DNA from: Saccostrea echinata
Taxonomy: Eukaryota
Direction of reading: 5' to 3'
DNA: 64,000 nt
Assembly (NCBI RefSeq): GCF_033153115.1
Contig: NW_026889752.1
Span: 3,410,001-3,474,000 of the forward strand
The notes under the pieces were generated by a model that made no database searches, was not told where the DNA came from, and saw only the letters and a list, made by a program, of their open reading frames with translations. Of this stretch, positions 40,190-53,470 are shown piece after piece (position 1 is the stretch's first letter; the number at the start of each line of letters is the position of its first letter). Made by a program: the position numbers and the translations under genes.

Positions 40190-41490
40190 TTGGTCCGAGC
40201 TGACAAAACAGGTAACAACATAGTCTTTGTTTGTAAGACTCTTAATTTGAATTGTAGCTTAGAGGAACTACATGTAGGATTTAATTCTGGAATGGTGGAA
40301 ATCCCTTTCTAAGGAGGAAATTCTTCAAAATGATTTTTCTGTTTTAAATATTTTTAATATTCCAAACTATCAAAATGAATTTAATTTACCCCGCCTTTAG
40401 AGGATTCCTAAACTACATGAGATGCGTTATAAACAAAGATACATTAAATGTCCAACCAAGGCACTTTCTTTGCTCCTCACTAAAATATTTACAGCAATGA
40501 AGGAGAAACTTCAGGAGTACTGTACAACAGTATATTTGTGAAGTGGTGTAAATCAGATGTGCATACCGGTACTTAAAAACTCCAAGGAACTTTTAGAAAA
40601 TGTGAAATCACAAAATTTTACCAAGATAAATAACATCAAAACGTACAACTTTTCAACACTTTATACAACCATTCCCCATGAAAAATTGACCTCTAGGCTT
40701 TTTGACATCATAGACAGCTGTTTTTTGTTTTTGTTTGTTTCTGTTTGTTTCTGTTTTTTTTTTTAATAGAAGCTTATATATGAGAAGAAGAAAACACTTG
40801 CTGTGGCCATCAACTCGACGACATTTCGATATATTTATGACGTATTATCAATTAAAAATAGTTACTTCCATTCATATGTCGACTCAACATATCCCAGTGA
40901 GCTTGAAATAAGAGATACCACAGAGTCTGACACGTCTGTTTCATATTAAAATATTTTACTAGAAAAGACGCTAATGGTTACCTAACAACAAAGCTTTATG
41001 ATAAACGTGATGATTTCAACTTTCAATCGTCATCTTCCCTTAATTGCGTAACAAAATACCATTCTTTCCTTACTTTACTAACAATATACACCTATCACCT
41101 GCATATGGGGTTTATGTCTCCCATTCGATTCGATACGCAAGAGCATGCTCTATAAATGAACAATTTCTAAAACGAGACAAGCTATTGACAAACAAGTTGA
41201 CTAAACAAGGACATCAACAGTCTCGTTTGAAGTCATCATTTCAAAAATCAAATGCTGACTGACGTTTTTCATACTAATTGTTAAGCCATTATAAATTTGT
41301 CTATGGACTTTTCCATTTTCCAAAGATCATGACAAGAAGCACACGGCGGATGTGACCGATCGGCAGGGGATGCTCACTCATCCCTGACACCTGATCCAAC
41401 CTCTAATGTTTTTTAGAGGTCCGTGTTTGCTCTGCTCCAAATTTGTATTGTTTCAATGGACTTAGAGATTGATTACTGTTCGTTAACTTC
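40190..41490 (+). mobile_element. Decayed Penelope-like retroelement (reverse transcriptase remnant plus 3' tail)
   Basis: Fragments NIKTYNFSTLYTTIPHEKL, FRYIYDVLSI (decayed YIDD), YPSELEIRDTTESD, TKLYDKRDDFNF and SPAYGVYVS..IRYARAC, with many stops and frameshifts. Confidence 0.8.
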
Positions 41491-42336
41491 ATATTTCATT
41501 GTACTGTGGGAGTGAACATTATGTTTGCTGATATGAAAGTAGAATAGTAAAAACCAGTTGCGATATTAAGTTTTTTTACTCTTGATTTTCATAGTAAGAA
41601 ATCTGACGTTCGTAAAATGGAATGCTCACTCCATAAATCAAGAAAAGCCTGTATGGATTTTGTGGCTTAGAGTTTTCTTGTTTTCTCAAAAGCTTGCGCT
41701 TCTGATATATTTTGTACTAAATTGTACTTACATTTTAAGACTTATCATGAAAATTATGAGGCACACAGATGTAAGATACTACCAGTTTTAGTTGGAGTCG
41801 GGTTGGTTATTCTTTAATTTTCTCTTAAGAAGGAGAGATGCTGAAAATTTTAAAATCACTGTTTTGTATTTTCCGAGACATTTATTTGACATAAAAGTGA
41901 AAAAAAAAACACACACAGAGGAAATTTGATGTTTGAAAGAAGAGTAAATGATATGACATAAACTACCACTGTAAGTAAACTACCTAAGAACATCCATGAA
42001 ATTTACGCCTTGAAATCAATCAGTAGTTCACCCTTAGCTAAAATATGCTTAAATTAAAAATATTGGTCAACAATTAAATTATTTAGATGTGCAGACGAAA
42101 GAAATGTCTTAAATTCTAAACGATAGTGCAATAGCAATAATGAAAATCTTTTATTATGAAGAGAGAGAGAGAGAGAGAGAAAGTACATATTTTGTAGCGA
42201 GAACACAAGCTGAATATAATCATTTTTTTTTTTTTTAGAATTGCTTAATTTTTTAATTATTGCAAATTATAAATTAAAAAAAAATGCTGCCAAGGGTAAT
42301 TCAATTTTGTATCAAGGAAAACTTAAGTATCTAAAG

Positions 42337-42487
42337 NNNNNNNNNNNNNNNNNNNNNNNNNNNNNNNNNNNNNNNNNNNNNNNNNNNNNNNNNNNNNNNN
42401 NNNNNNNNNNNNNNNNNNNNNNNNNNNNNNNNNNNNNNNNNNNNNNNNNNNNNNNNNNNNNNNNNNNNNNNNNNNNNNNNNNNNNNN
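42337..42487. other. Assembly gap (N run) upstream of TLR-B
   Basis: A run of N. Confidence 0.97.
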
Positions 42488-42875
42488 AGACGTTTAATTA
42501 AGAATTTATAGGTGTTCGTTCTGGATGACTGTTAATCGGACAATGAGTGGTTTTTAAACTTTTTCATAAGCAATTTATGTCCAGCTAAAGATTTTTAAAG
42601 AGATTTTGTTTGCTGTACCTTGAAAGAAATACTATGGGAGCCTTTTATTCCCTTTTGACTCCTTTGCAGGTGTAGAACAATAAGCAAGATGGTTCACTGT
42701 ACTGAATTTAATTCTGGCATGCAATTCACAGATTGATGAATCAAATCAACAGGGAAAAAAATATTATGTAGTTTCCGAAAAAGAACAACTGGTATCTGAC
42801 ATTTAAAAAGAGTACCTTTGCCATAAAGCTTCGAATTGTTCTTCCTTGTAAAAGAAATAATTGACTTAAAAATAC

Positions 42876-45512
42876 ATGATGGCGTTGTATCAGTGGTTAT
42901 TAATGCTTTATTCCTTTCTCTGGATATCATACATTGAATGTAATCATTACATATGTGAGGTTTGCAAATGTGCATATTTGAAAACAGGATTAAAAATTGA
43001 CTGCGATGAGCGACTCCGTATGGCTTCCAACATTACTTCTTTCCCAGAAGAGACTGTTTGGATAGATCTAAGAAGAAACAACATCAGAAAGATAAAATGG
43101 AGATTTCCAAAGAAAATCAGACATATTGATCTGTCGCAAAATGCAGTTTCGTCTCTCTCCGGTAAACCGTTCGAAAAACTACAATTTTTGGAATATCTTA
43201 ACCTTGAGGACAATAAAATTGTCCTGTCTGAAACAAACTATTATCCTGATTTATTCTTTCATCTTGACCGATTGCAGGTTTTGAATATCAAGAACAACAC
43301 AAAGACATTTTCAAAAGCATCTGGCATAGATAAAGCATTTTCAAAACTTCAGTCATTAGAGACATTGAAGATGGATTTACCATTCAATTTCAAATTTGGT
43401 GGCGGATTTAAATATCTTCAGAATTTACAGAATCTTGATGTTTCCGGAATAACAGGACAATGTAATATAAAATATCTTTCTAAAAGCTTTTTCATCAACA
43501 TTCCATTTCTAAAGAGAATTGATTTAAGTAACTGCAAAATATCGAAAGTGGATGAAGGTCCCTTCACAGCTCTTCGTCATTTGGAATATCTCGACATCTC
43601 TCATAACAAAGAATTAGGATTTGCTTCTCTCCCAAATGTTACTAATGGTCTGAAAGAGACTTCTATTCGAACGTTTCGTGCTGATGCTATCCGTTGTCTT
43701 ATAGGAAAAGGAACTGAGCTTGCCGTTTCACATATTGCAAACTTACGACAAACAAAACTCACTGAAGCTTCATTTGCACACAATAGGATTGAGCTAATTG
43801 GAAAAGGGGTTTTGCCGAACATGCCAAAAACCCTTGAGAGGCTGTCTTTTGCACTCAATCGACTTACAACAGGAATTTATCTATTTGAATTTCACACATT
43901 GCATAATTTGAAAGAATTTAATATAACTTTTCTTTTGAAACCACCAAAATATTTTTCCTTTGTGTTTGAAAAATGCAACGAAAAGGAAGATTTGAACTCC
44001 AAAATATCACTGAGTGCAAGATATTCAGAGTCATATTTTAAATTTCATCGTTCTTCAAATATAACAATGTATATGCCACCGAACCTTGAAACATTTTATG
44101 CAAATTCAAGCAAGTTGTACGGTAGAATACCGAAATTCAGAATAAACGCAAGAAGTTTAAAGAATGTGTACGCGCAGAACAATTTATTGTTTTCTTGGAA
44201 TCAACCTCTATTTGGGATTGAAATGCTTGAAAGGGTAGATTTATCGAATAATCTTTGCTCTAGTATATCTCCAGCTTTTACAGCAAGTGGCAAGAGTCTT
44301 AAACATTTAAATATGGCCAGAAACCTTTTGGCACGTTCAATACATTTAGATAACAGATGCCAGCTATTTAAAAATCAACTCCTATTGGAAGAACTTGATC
44401 TGTCAAGCAACAGACTTGCATATTTACCAAATTGTATATTTCAAAACATGGCGAAATTGAAAGTTCTTAGACTGAATCATAATCAGCTGTCTTATGTGAA
44501 TTTCAGAATCAAGCATATGTATAATCTTTCGTTCGTCGATTTGTCAGACAATCGGATAAATACCTTTTCAGATCAAGCAATGGATTCGTTTTCATACATT
44601 TTCTCAAAATCAAAGGTATCAATAAGTCTCTTTAACAATAAGTTGCATTGCACTTGTAAAAACTTCGACTTCCTGACGTGGATGTTTCATAACAAGAAAC
44701 ATTTCCTACACATCGAAAGGCACTTTTGCTCGAATGGTAATACTCGTTTTGATTTCAATGAATTTGAACAATCACTACATAGACTCAGAATTGACTGTAT
44801 GGATCTGCATATCTGGATAATTATTTCGTCTATTATAATTACTATTGTTGTTTGTTTCGTTGTTGCACAGGTAATCAGGACAAAGATTTGGCACATAAGG
44901 TATTTCTTGTATAAACATAAAAGAAAAAATGGAGTTGAGATTCCAAGAAAAGATGGATCTGAAATATCTAGTTTGGTTGCAGAATCGGATACGCTGAGTT
45001 TGATTACACACAAATTTTCCTATAATTCAGCTGAAAGTCATCCTTGCAGGATGCTAAGAATATTGTCCTTTTCCTACCATGCATACATCTCCTATGTGGG
45101 ATATGATAGGGCGTTTGTCTTCCAGAAAATGAAGCCCAAATTGGAAGAAAGTGGGATTAAAATTTTTTTGCGTGATATTCACTTTGACATTGGTGATGGA
45201 AAAATTCATAATATCATGAAAGCTATAAGCGAGAGCAGGAAAACTATTTGTGTTGTATCCAAAGCGTACCTAAACTCCAAATGGCGAACATATGAAATGA
45301 ACATGGCTAAGATGGAAAGCATAAAAGAGAGGGGATCTCTGGGATATGTCCATCTCATTCTCATGCCAGATATTTTCGAGGGTGGATGTAATATGAAAAT
45401 AAAAGATTTTATCGATCAAAAGTATTTCATCGACTATCCTCCTGAAGACTCCTGCTTACGGGAAGCATTCTGGGAAGATCTGATCTGTATTATAAAAAGT
45501 CCTTATTTGTAA
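42876..45512 (+). CDS. Toll-like receptor TLR-B (intronless, 878 aa)
   Basis: Signal peptide, CEVCKC LRR-NT, LRRs, NKLHCTC LRR-CT, TM (IWIIISSIIITIVVCFVVA), and TIR (YHAYISY, RDIHFDIG, WRTYEM, FW). Confidence 0.95.
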   Translation: MMALYQWLLMLYSFLWISYIECNHYICEVCKCAYLKTGLKIDCDERLRMASNITSFPEETVWIDLRRNNIRKIKWRFPKKIRHIDLSQNAVSSLSGKPFEKLQFLEYLNLEDNKIVLSETNYYPDLFFHLDRLQVLNIKNNTKTFSKASGIDKAFSKLQSLETLKMDLPFNFKFGGGFKYLQNLQNLDVSGITGQCNIKYLSKSFFINIPFLKRIDLSNCKISKVDEGPFTALRHLEYLDISHNKELGFASLPNVTNGLKETSIRTFRADAIRCLIGKGTELAVSHIANLRQTKLTEASFAHNRIELIGKGVLPNMPKTLERLSFALNRLTTGIYLFEFHTLHNLKEFNITFLLKPPKYFSFVFEKCNEKEDLNSKISLSARYSESYFKFHRSSNITMYMPPNLETFYANSSKLYGRIPKFRINARSLKNVYAQNNLLFSWNQPLFGIEMLERVDLSNNLCSSISPAFTASGKSLKHLNMARNLLARSIHLDNRCQLFKNQLLLEELDLSSNRLAYLPNCIFQNMAKLKVLRLNHNQLSYVNFRIKHMYNLSFVDLSDNRINTFSDQAMDSFSYIFSKSKVSISLFNNKLHCTCKNFDFLTWMFHNKKHFLHIERHFCSNGNTRFDFNEFEQSLHRLRIDCMDLHIWIIISSIIITIVVCFVVAQVIRTKIWHIRYFLYKHKRKNGVEIPRKDGSEISSLVAESDTLSLITHKFSYNSAESHPCRMLRILSFSYHAYISYVGYDRAFVFQKMKPKLEESGIKIFLRDIHFDIGDGKIHNIMKAISESRKTICVVSKAYLNSKWRTYEMNMAKMESIKERGSLGYVHLILMPDIFEGGCNMKIKDFIDQKYFIDYPPEDSCLREAFWEDLICIIKSPYL

Positions 45513-46828
45513 TGCATCTGGACAGAAGAAGATTTAAATATATATTTCAAAATAATATATATCCATATTCAATTCTATATTGGGGAAAATTAAATGAAAA
45601 TTGCAAATGTATGAATATCTGGTGTTAAACCTTTAAGAACTATCGCACACAGTTTGAATTAAAAACATTTTGCTTTCCTAATATTTTGAATTTTTCTTGT
45701 TTACAAGAATTCTTTTATAATTCTATTTTTCTCCAAAAGAAAAATAAGAATAAAGAAAATAAATAAATAAAAAATAAAATCAAGCTGTACAATGATTAAC
45801 AAAGATTTTTTTCTTTGAGATCTGATTAGATAGTATGTTTAATATGATATGCGGAATATCTCTTCAAGACAACGTTTAGAGGATGTTGCACTGGATTAAC
45901 CCACGCATTCTCTTATCATCATTATATCGTATTTCCCAAAGCAAACCAGCCTTATTCATTCTCCCCAAATTCTTTTCCTTCATATCTTTACTGAAAATCA
46001 ATGCAAAAACATTTTTAAAAATCCAGCAATATAAATATAAATTTTATTCTAGTTTTATCATGAATAAATTAATTTGAATTTAAAAAACAAAACAAAACAA
46101 AACAAAAATTAAAAAAAAAAAACAAAATAAAAAACAAAGCAAAACATAACATAATATAGAGGTTGTAAAAAAAATCCTACATGAAGCTGAAGTAGAAAGA
46201 TTTTGAAATTTTCTCACTTTGCCATTCCCAAAGTCATCCACTGCCATATAAATTTCGACTTATAAAAATCAGTCTTAGAATCAGATTTATTCTCAAAATT
46301 TCTGCAAGCAGAAAAGATTAATTAAGCACATTGTTTTATGGCAGAATATGAATATACTTAGTTGAGTAATTCTGAAGACTTGAGTTGAATTTTATGGCGG
46401 TATTACTTTAAAAAAGAAGAACCTTCAAAATCATCATGCTTATAGAACTAAATACGAATATCATTCCAGCATATGTACATTATAATATAAAAAAAAAAAC
46501 TCCTCGCCAATTGCAAATATTTCTATTGGTGTCACAAAGTGTGGCTATAGTACATGTAAAGGTAGAATTAAATAGAAATGTAATCAGAAATACATAATCT
46601 TGTCCTGTAAGCGTATAAAAAATTGTATCCTCATTTAAACAACCAAACATATGCAATTCTTTAATAATGACTTTCAAGAGAAATTGAATTTGCGTAATAT
46701 ATGTATTATCCAGGAAGAAAAGCAATGCTATAAAAAATGTGCCGATTTCGTTAGATTTTATAATCATTTTTGGGTAAAATGTGTCCTTTGATATGTTTGA
46801 AAGAAAAACGCAGTAGGTGAAATGAATC

Positions 46829-48779
46829 ATGAATGTTTATCACTGGCAATTGTATGTATGTTTCTATTACTATGAACTGGCATGGGCGGTTACAGAGAAA
46901 GCGAATTTATGTCATTTCTGCAACTGCACTTATTTAACAAAAGGATTGAAAATTGATTGCAGTGCTCGACCTAGCGAGGCATTTAAAATCACCTCACTTC
47001 CAGAAGACACACTGTGGATAGATTTAAGTGAAAACAACATAAAAGAAATTCAATGGAGATTCCCAAAAGAAATCAAATTCATTAATTTGTCAAGAAACAA
47101 CATTTCTGCTCTCCCTGGTAAACCTTTCAGTGGACTAGAGGTTTTAAGATATCTAGAACTGGAGCAGAATAATCTCACGCTCTAGGAATCCATCTATTGC
47201 CCGGACTTATTTCTTTCTCTTAGCCATCTGAAAACTTTGAATATCAAGAAGAATTCAAAAGTAAGCCTGAGTTCAATTTCTATTGACAGAGCTTTTTCCA
47301 AACTTGTTTCTTTAAAAACACTCAAGATTGACATCCCTTTCAATTTTAGTTTTGGCGATGGATTCAAAGAGCTTCAAAATTTTTCTGTTCTTGACACATC
47401 AGGAATAACAGGTATTTGCAATTTAAGAAATCTAACTGGAAATTTCTTCACGAATACACATTTTCTGAGGGATATTGATATAAGTAATTGTAAGATATCT
47501 CATTTTTTTATCAGATAATTTTTGTTCTAGTATTGCCACACATTTCTTTTCAAGCGCTATAGGATTGACATACCTAAACATTGCTAGAAATTTGTTGTCT
47601 CGATCGATTGAAGATGACAAAAAATGTCACATATTTAAATATCAGCGACAAGTAGAGGAAATTGACCTATCAAACAACAAACTTGTTCACTTACCAAACT
47701 GTACTTTTCAAAACATGGCAAAACTAAAAATACTAAGACTTAATCACAACCAACTGACTGAAGTAAACTTCAGAATTAGTCACATGACTAACCTTTCTTA
47801 CATTGATCTCTCCGATAATAGATTAACAGGCTTTACAAATAATACTATCGATATCCTTGCGTTAATTTACATCTTCAGAAAAACAAAGGTATTAATAAAT
47901 CTTCAAAACAACAACTTGTATTGTAGATGCGAAAATTTAGAATTTTTGACATGGTTGTATAATAACAGTCTGCATTTCTTAGGTTTTCAAAAGTACACTT
48001 GCTCTGATAGTACCAATCATTTCGATTTTCAAAAAATGGACGAATCTCTCAAAAGACTTAAACTTAACTGTATGAATTTTGAAATTTGGATTATCATATT
48101 AACTATTATGATCACTCTTGTTACAAGTGTCATACTTGTGATAATCATTCGAAAAAACATCTGGCACATAATGTACTTCCTGTATAAAAGTAAAAGATTT
48201 AATGATTCTCCCAATTCATCTACAAGAGTAGAAAAATTGTATGATATTCGTAATGATTCTGATTTTCTGAGTGCTGGAGTTAAAGAAAGCTCTGAAGAAA
48301 GCAGTCATTATGATGATAAGCCAGCTAAACAGCAATATTATTACCACGCATTTATATCCTATGTAGGCAAGAATTGGGGGTTTGTATTCCAGAAGATGAA
48401 ACCAAAACTGGAAGCTAAAGGTTTGAGGTTATTAATTCGTGATATTCACTTCGAACTTGGTTATTCTAAAACTAATAACATCATGAGAGCAATAGGGATG
48501 AGTAACAGAACTATTTGTGTTGTGTCGAAAGAGTATCTAAAATCAAAATGGCGAACATATGAATTAAATATGGCGAAAATGGAAGGAATAAACAAGAGAG
48601 GATCCTTAGGATATGTCCATCTTATTCTAATGCCTGATTTGTTTGAAGGAGGTTGTGACACAACTATAAAAGATTTTATCGAGGAAAAATATTTTCTTGA
48701 CTCTCCACCGGAAGATTCGTCCCTGCAGAAGGAATTCTGGTAAAATCTTACTTCTATTATCAGGAACCCATGCCAATAG
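46829..48779 (+). pseudogene. Toll-like receptor pseudogene TLR-C (closest to TLR-D)
   Basis: In-frame TAG at 47183-47185 (TCA in TLR-D). A frameshifting deletion at about 47506/47507 is equivalent to TLR-D 54155-54852 (about 698 bp). A premature TAA at 48741-48743 corresponds to CAA in TLR-D. Confidence 0.9.
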
Positions 48780-51700
48780 CACAAAAAAGGAAGAATATCG
48801 GAAATTCACACCCTGGTCTTTTGAAAGCGTGTTCTACATAAATGGATCATTATCATGTAGTATCATATATTATTAAAATTCTTATTATTTTATATGACTT
48901 TAAACCGGTTTCATATCTGTCCTCGTCTATAAAGTCTCATCCGAAAAACTTTTACGCCATTACTGTCGAGGGCTTGGCGAAAACATAGGTGCCAACCATT
49001 TCTTTTTTCGATTTAGGTATGTCGGATCCCGAACGCATGATTTTTCGACCATGGAGAGAACTTCAATGTTGTAAACAGTATCAAAGATCATGTTTTTTCT
49101 AATTACAAATTTGTCAAATAACATATCATTTCATGGTGAAATCAACATAATTGGAAAAAAAGAGCGGCCTTTTGTTATCAACACATTATTTTTTTAAGAT
49201 GAATATAAATCTGAGATAAAATAAAATATGACAGATCTTTAAGGCTTTTTTTTTTATTGATGGGAAGGTGGGTTGGGGATCTAAATTTAAAATTCATGTG
49301 CACAGAACGCCAGTTTTGTAAACAAATATGGGTTTTTCAAATATTTATTACAGCATAAAGTTTTCATAATTTCCCTATAATCAACCCATACGTTTTTTTA
49401 GAGCACACAGAGGCCTTTCATATTTGGATACAGTTTCATTTGTAGGCTTGTAAAAATTGAAATGTGAAACAACATGTTACTTGTTTAAATTACACTTATC
49501 ACCGTTGCATTAATTATTTCTATCTATAAAATATTTCATCAATTATTCCATATACACTATTAAGCTGTACAATTTTATGACCTTGATGTATATCTACATA
49601 TCTCTATGTTCTATAGAACACAAAGGAAAAGGACAATAATTTTAAACTCAGTCTCCAGATAATGGGTTTATTCCTTGATCTTTATGCATTTCTGACAAAG
49701 ACTCGTTTAATTAATAATTATCTTTTAATTTTCATTTTTAATAAATTTCCTGGGGAATATTTACAAATAAAGCAAATATCGGATTGACAAGACAATTGAT
49801 AGATGCAAAATAATAATATTTTCCGAAAAGGTAAATCTTGAAGTTTTTAATGATGCAGAGTAAAATTGTGTCACGGTTGTCATGGCAACGAAAGAGTTCT
49901 ATAATTGCCAAATGTTGTGTTTTTCCTTTTTCTCTTCCCAGAAATACAAATAAATTGACAACTAATACCTTCATCACAGAGGAGTGACCGATGTTATTAA
50001 AACAAAGCATGTAGTGAATTTCTTAAAACTATACTGGTCAATTTAATTGAAAAGAAAGAGTTTTTGCAGTAGCACAGTGTCAGTCATCCGTGAGTCTGGT
50101 TTTCTAGCTGTTTGATTGTCTGTAAACAATATTCAAATCACTTCTTCTCCTATAGTTTTTGCCTGATTCTAATAAAACTTGGTATAAATGATAATACATT
50201 AAGACATATAATTCTTTATTTCATTTTCCCCATAATGAAGTGTGCCATGGTTACAAAAATAGGAATTTCTTTGACGGCTACCTCTTCTTAAGATTTTTAC
50301 AATTTCAATAAAACTTGTAACACGGAGAATTTTCAGGATTGATAGCGTAACATATGCAGATCTGTCAGGCACATTTCGTTTTCCTCAGAAGTACTTCACA
50401 CTGACGCTCGCTATGGCCCGAAATAATTCATATGGAGAATATCAAAATTTCTAACACTTTTTCTACAATGTGTCTTTACCTGTTAATATTTCGTAAAAAA
50501 GATATAGAACGAAAGTTGTGAAGAATAACAAAAATTTTCATACGATATCAGCAAACAGGGACTGACCCCTAAAATTAGGAATCAAAAGGACCATAAAGAT
50601 TTTCTCGATATCATAAAAGTATTCCGAATTTGTAAAGCATCATGCAAGTTAAATTGCAAGCCGATTTTTCGTTATTACAGTGTAGATAGATGAAATTTTA
50701 TTGAAAACAAAATGAAAATAACGGAAGAAAACCTCAAACAGCATAATGAGTGTCACGTTGGACTGGCCCTTGAAAGTTAAAAAAATCAACTGTAAAAAGA
50801 CGAGAAATGATTCATTTGATACTCATGATTTCATCCTCTATGTACAGTGAAAGTTTCTGCCATTATATAATTTATATGCAAAGCTGCGATCTTTTTAAGG
50901 ATGTGATTTTCTCCTTGTGTCAAAATCACAGCGGGATAAATTTGTTTTATTCTTTAGTAAAATTGTCAAGTCAAAAGCTATTTGTGTCAAATTTTGCTTT
51001 GCAATATATTTTAAACTGTGGCCATTTTAATGATAATTTTATTTCTTTTGGAAAATCATTTGTCTTATTTTTCTCATGAATGAACGGAGGGATGGCGACC
51101 CTTAATGTGGCATTTTTTTTAGTATTCAATCGTTCTGTCTTCTGAGGTGTGAGAGGAGCTGATTAAATATTTGAAAAAAATATATATTGTTTATAAACTA
51201 CTTATTACGTATATGACAATACAAGTATGTTCACATATATTTATTTGTCATCGTTAAGAAATCCAGTTAAATTATTTAAATAAAAGATGATTGTATAATC
51301 TTGTCCATTGAAACATAAATATACAAAGTGACTGATTATTTTTCGCTTATTATAAGATTTTGATGGCTCCAGCTTTATCCCTTGAAGTTTTTGATTTCTC
51401 AGAGTTGGGTCTTGCTGTCGATCTTGTCCCATCTAAAACATATTCAAAACATTCATTATTCTCTCAGCAGAATTAACATACGAATCGCTAATATTTGACC
51501 GTACTTATTAACATCTACCCCAAAGTTTTTTTTTCGCTTTCGCTTTGGTATAACCATAATATTTTCAATACTAATACTACAATTCAACAGTACATGCAGC
51601 AGTAAAACAGTTGGAACACTTTAAGTGACTTTAATGATCTTGCATAAATAAAAAATACAAATTCAATGGTCATTAAAACAAAAATAATACAATTATAAAG

Positions 51701-53470
51701 GAAAATTGCGAATAAAAAGTTTAAAGTAATAGTTAATTATTGATAATCATCAGAAGAAAAAGAGTCAAGATTTCTTCCATGATCTCTACAACTTCGGGGA
51801 TGTCTCGAGTCACATATGGCTCCTTCAAATATCCATTTTGACTTTTAAAAACTCCTGATCGTTATTTTTTATACGATTCTCTCTCCCACCCCCCCAATGG
51901 ATACATTAACAATTTTGAAGTGTTGTATACTTTTAGATGTTAAACTTTAAAGTACAATGTAAAATTTCGATCACTTATCTCTTACGCACCTTAGTAAACG
52001 TGACAGTGTATAAAATTTTAGTTGTATATTTCCGAATATTGTCCATAGCCCTAAGTGTCATTATCCTACTGGGAAATAGTCACTCAACCAGCTGTTGAAC
52101 AGGATATTCTTGTAGAATTTGAGTGTTTCATTTATCTTTTATTCAATGATTAATCACCAGATAAGTAATAGCCCTTATATTTGTATTTTGAAAAAAAAAA
52201 TCGGACTTTTTTTCTAAACAGGAAATAGAAAGAATTGTAGTATAATATGTATCTACATTTAAATGAAAAAAAACACAGTTTACCACTTTGGACATTTATT
52301 ATCAAAAGTTGCGACTGTGAAGAACTATCTTCCGTCATTAAGTAGCGTTGAAATTACCATTATACTTTTTTATATCTTGTCAAATATTGTATTCAGGACA
52401 GGGAATGTTTTTATATGCAGAAATCTACAGAAAGTACAATATAACAAGACAAAATGAATACTCTATATATCTTTTGCGAAAGAATTACACTAGTAAAAGA
52501 ACAATCGAATGTTTATTTAATTTTCATTAGGATTAACTTTTTTGTTGAAAACAAGGAGGTCAATTTTCACAAATTTACATACGAATATAACGTATGGATA
52601 TATGTTTGTTTTTTACTTCAGTATTTGTTTTAGAGAAATTTTTTTACAGACGAATTTAAAGTGAAAAACTGGCGCAAAGCACATACGTTGGATAATAAAA
52701 ACCCGAATCTGAACTTTTAAACATAAAAATACCTGGTTTAGGTCTAAAATCTTATTTCGGTTATATAAAGACTTATTGTAGAGACTGTACTTTACACTAA
52801 TTTTGTATAATTCCATATGAAAGATTCTACAAGATCTCAAAATACATCTGATGTGTCCGTGTTACGGGCGCAATTGACGTTCAAACAGTCTGTTTATATG
52901 TGTTCATATGTTTTAATATTTTGTGCACTGTCTGACATTATCTGACAATTGAACATCATTTATGTTTATAATATGTTTCAGGCTACATGTATATCTGTTC
53001 TAGTACGTAGACTTAAAGATTCTGAAGACCCCGAAACAAATTTTAAAACTATCATTCTTGGTAGTTAATATGTACAATATATAGAGTTTTCCCGGAAAAA
53101 TTATCCATAAAATAATATTCATCGCCAATAATATTTATATTCACATGCCACAAAGTATATGGCTATTGTAGGGCAAATATATTTGACCCCCCCCCCCTCC
53201 CTCCCCAAATAACCTTATTTTAAAAGAAAATCTTTTAAAAAAAAACTCTTCACAAGCTAATGTGACTTTTATCAAAATGGGGTCATCATTTATTTTGAAC
53301 TTGTAAGAGGTGATGAATTTGTGTGAACTTTGTATCAACCCGGAAGAAAATAAAAACTAATGCCGCTGGCCCTTATTATAATTTATATTAGTTAAACCTA
53401 TGAGTGGAAATTAAAGAGAATGTCTTTCGATGTGTTTGAGTGACAAAACACATATTAGTTAAGATTGACC

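Noticed and set aside
48900-50790. Probable further repeat fragments between TLR-C and TLR-D
   Set aside because: They look transposon-like, but I could not define termini or a family from the sequence alone.
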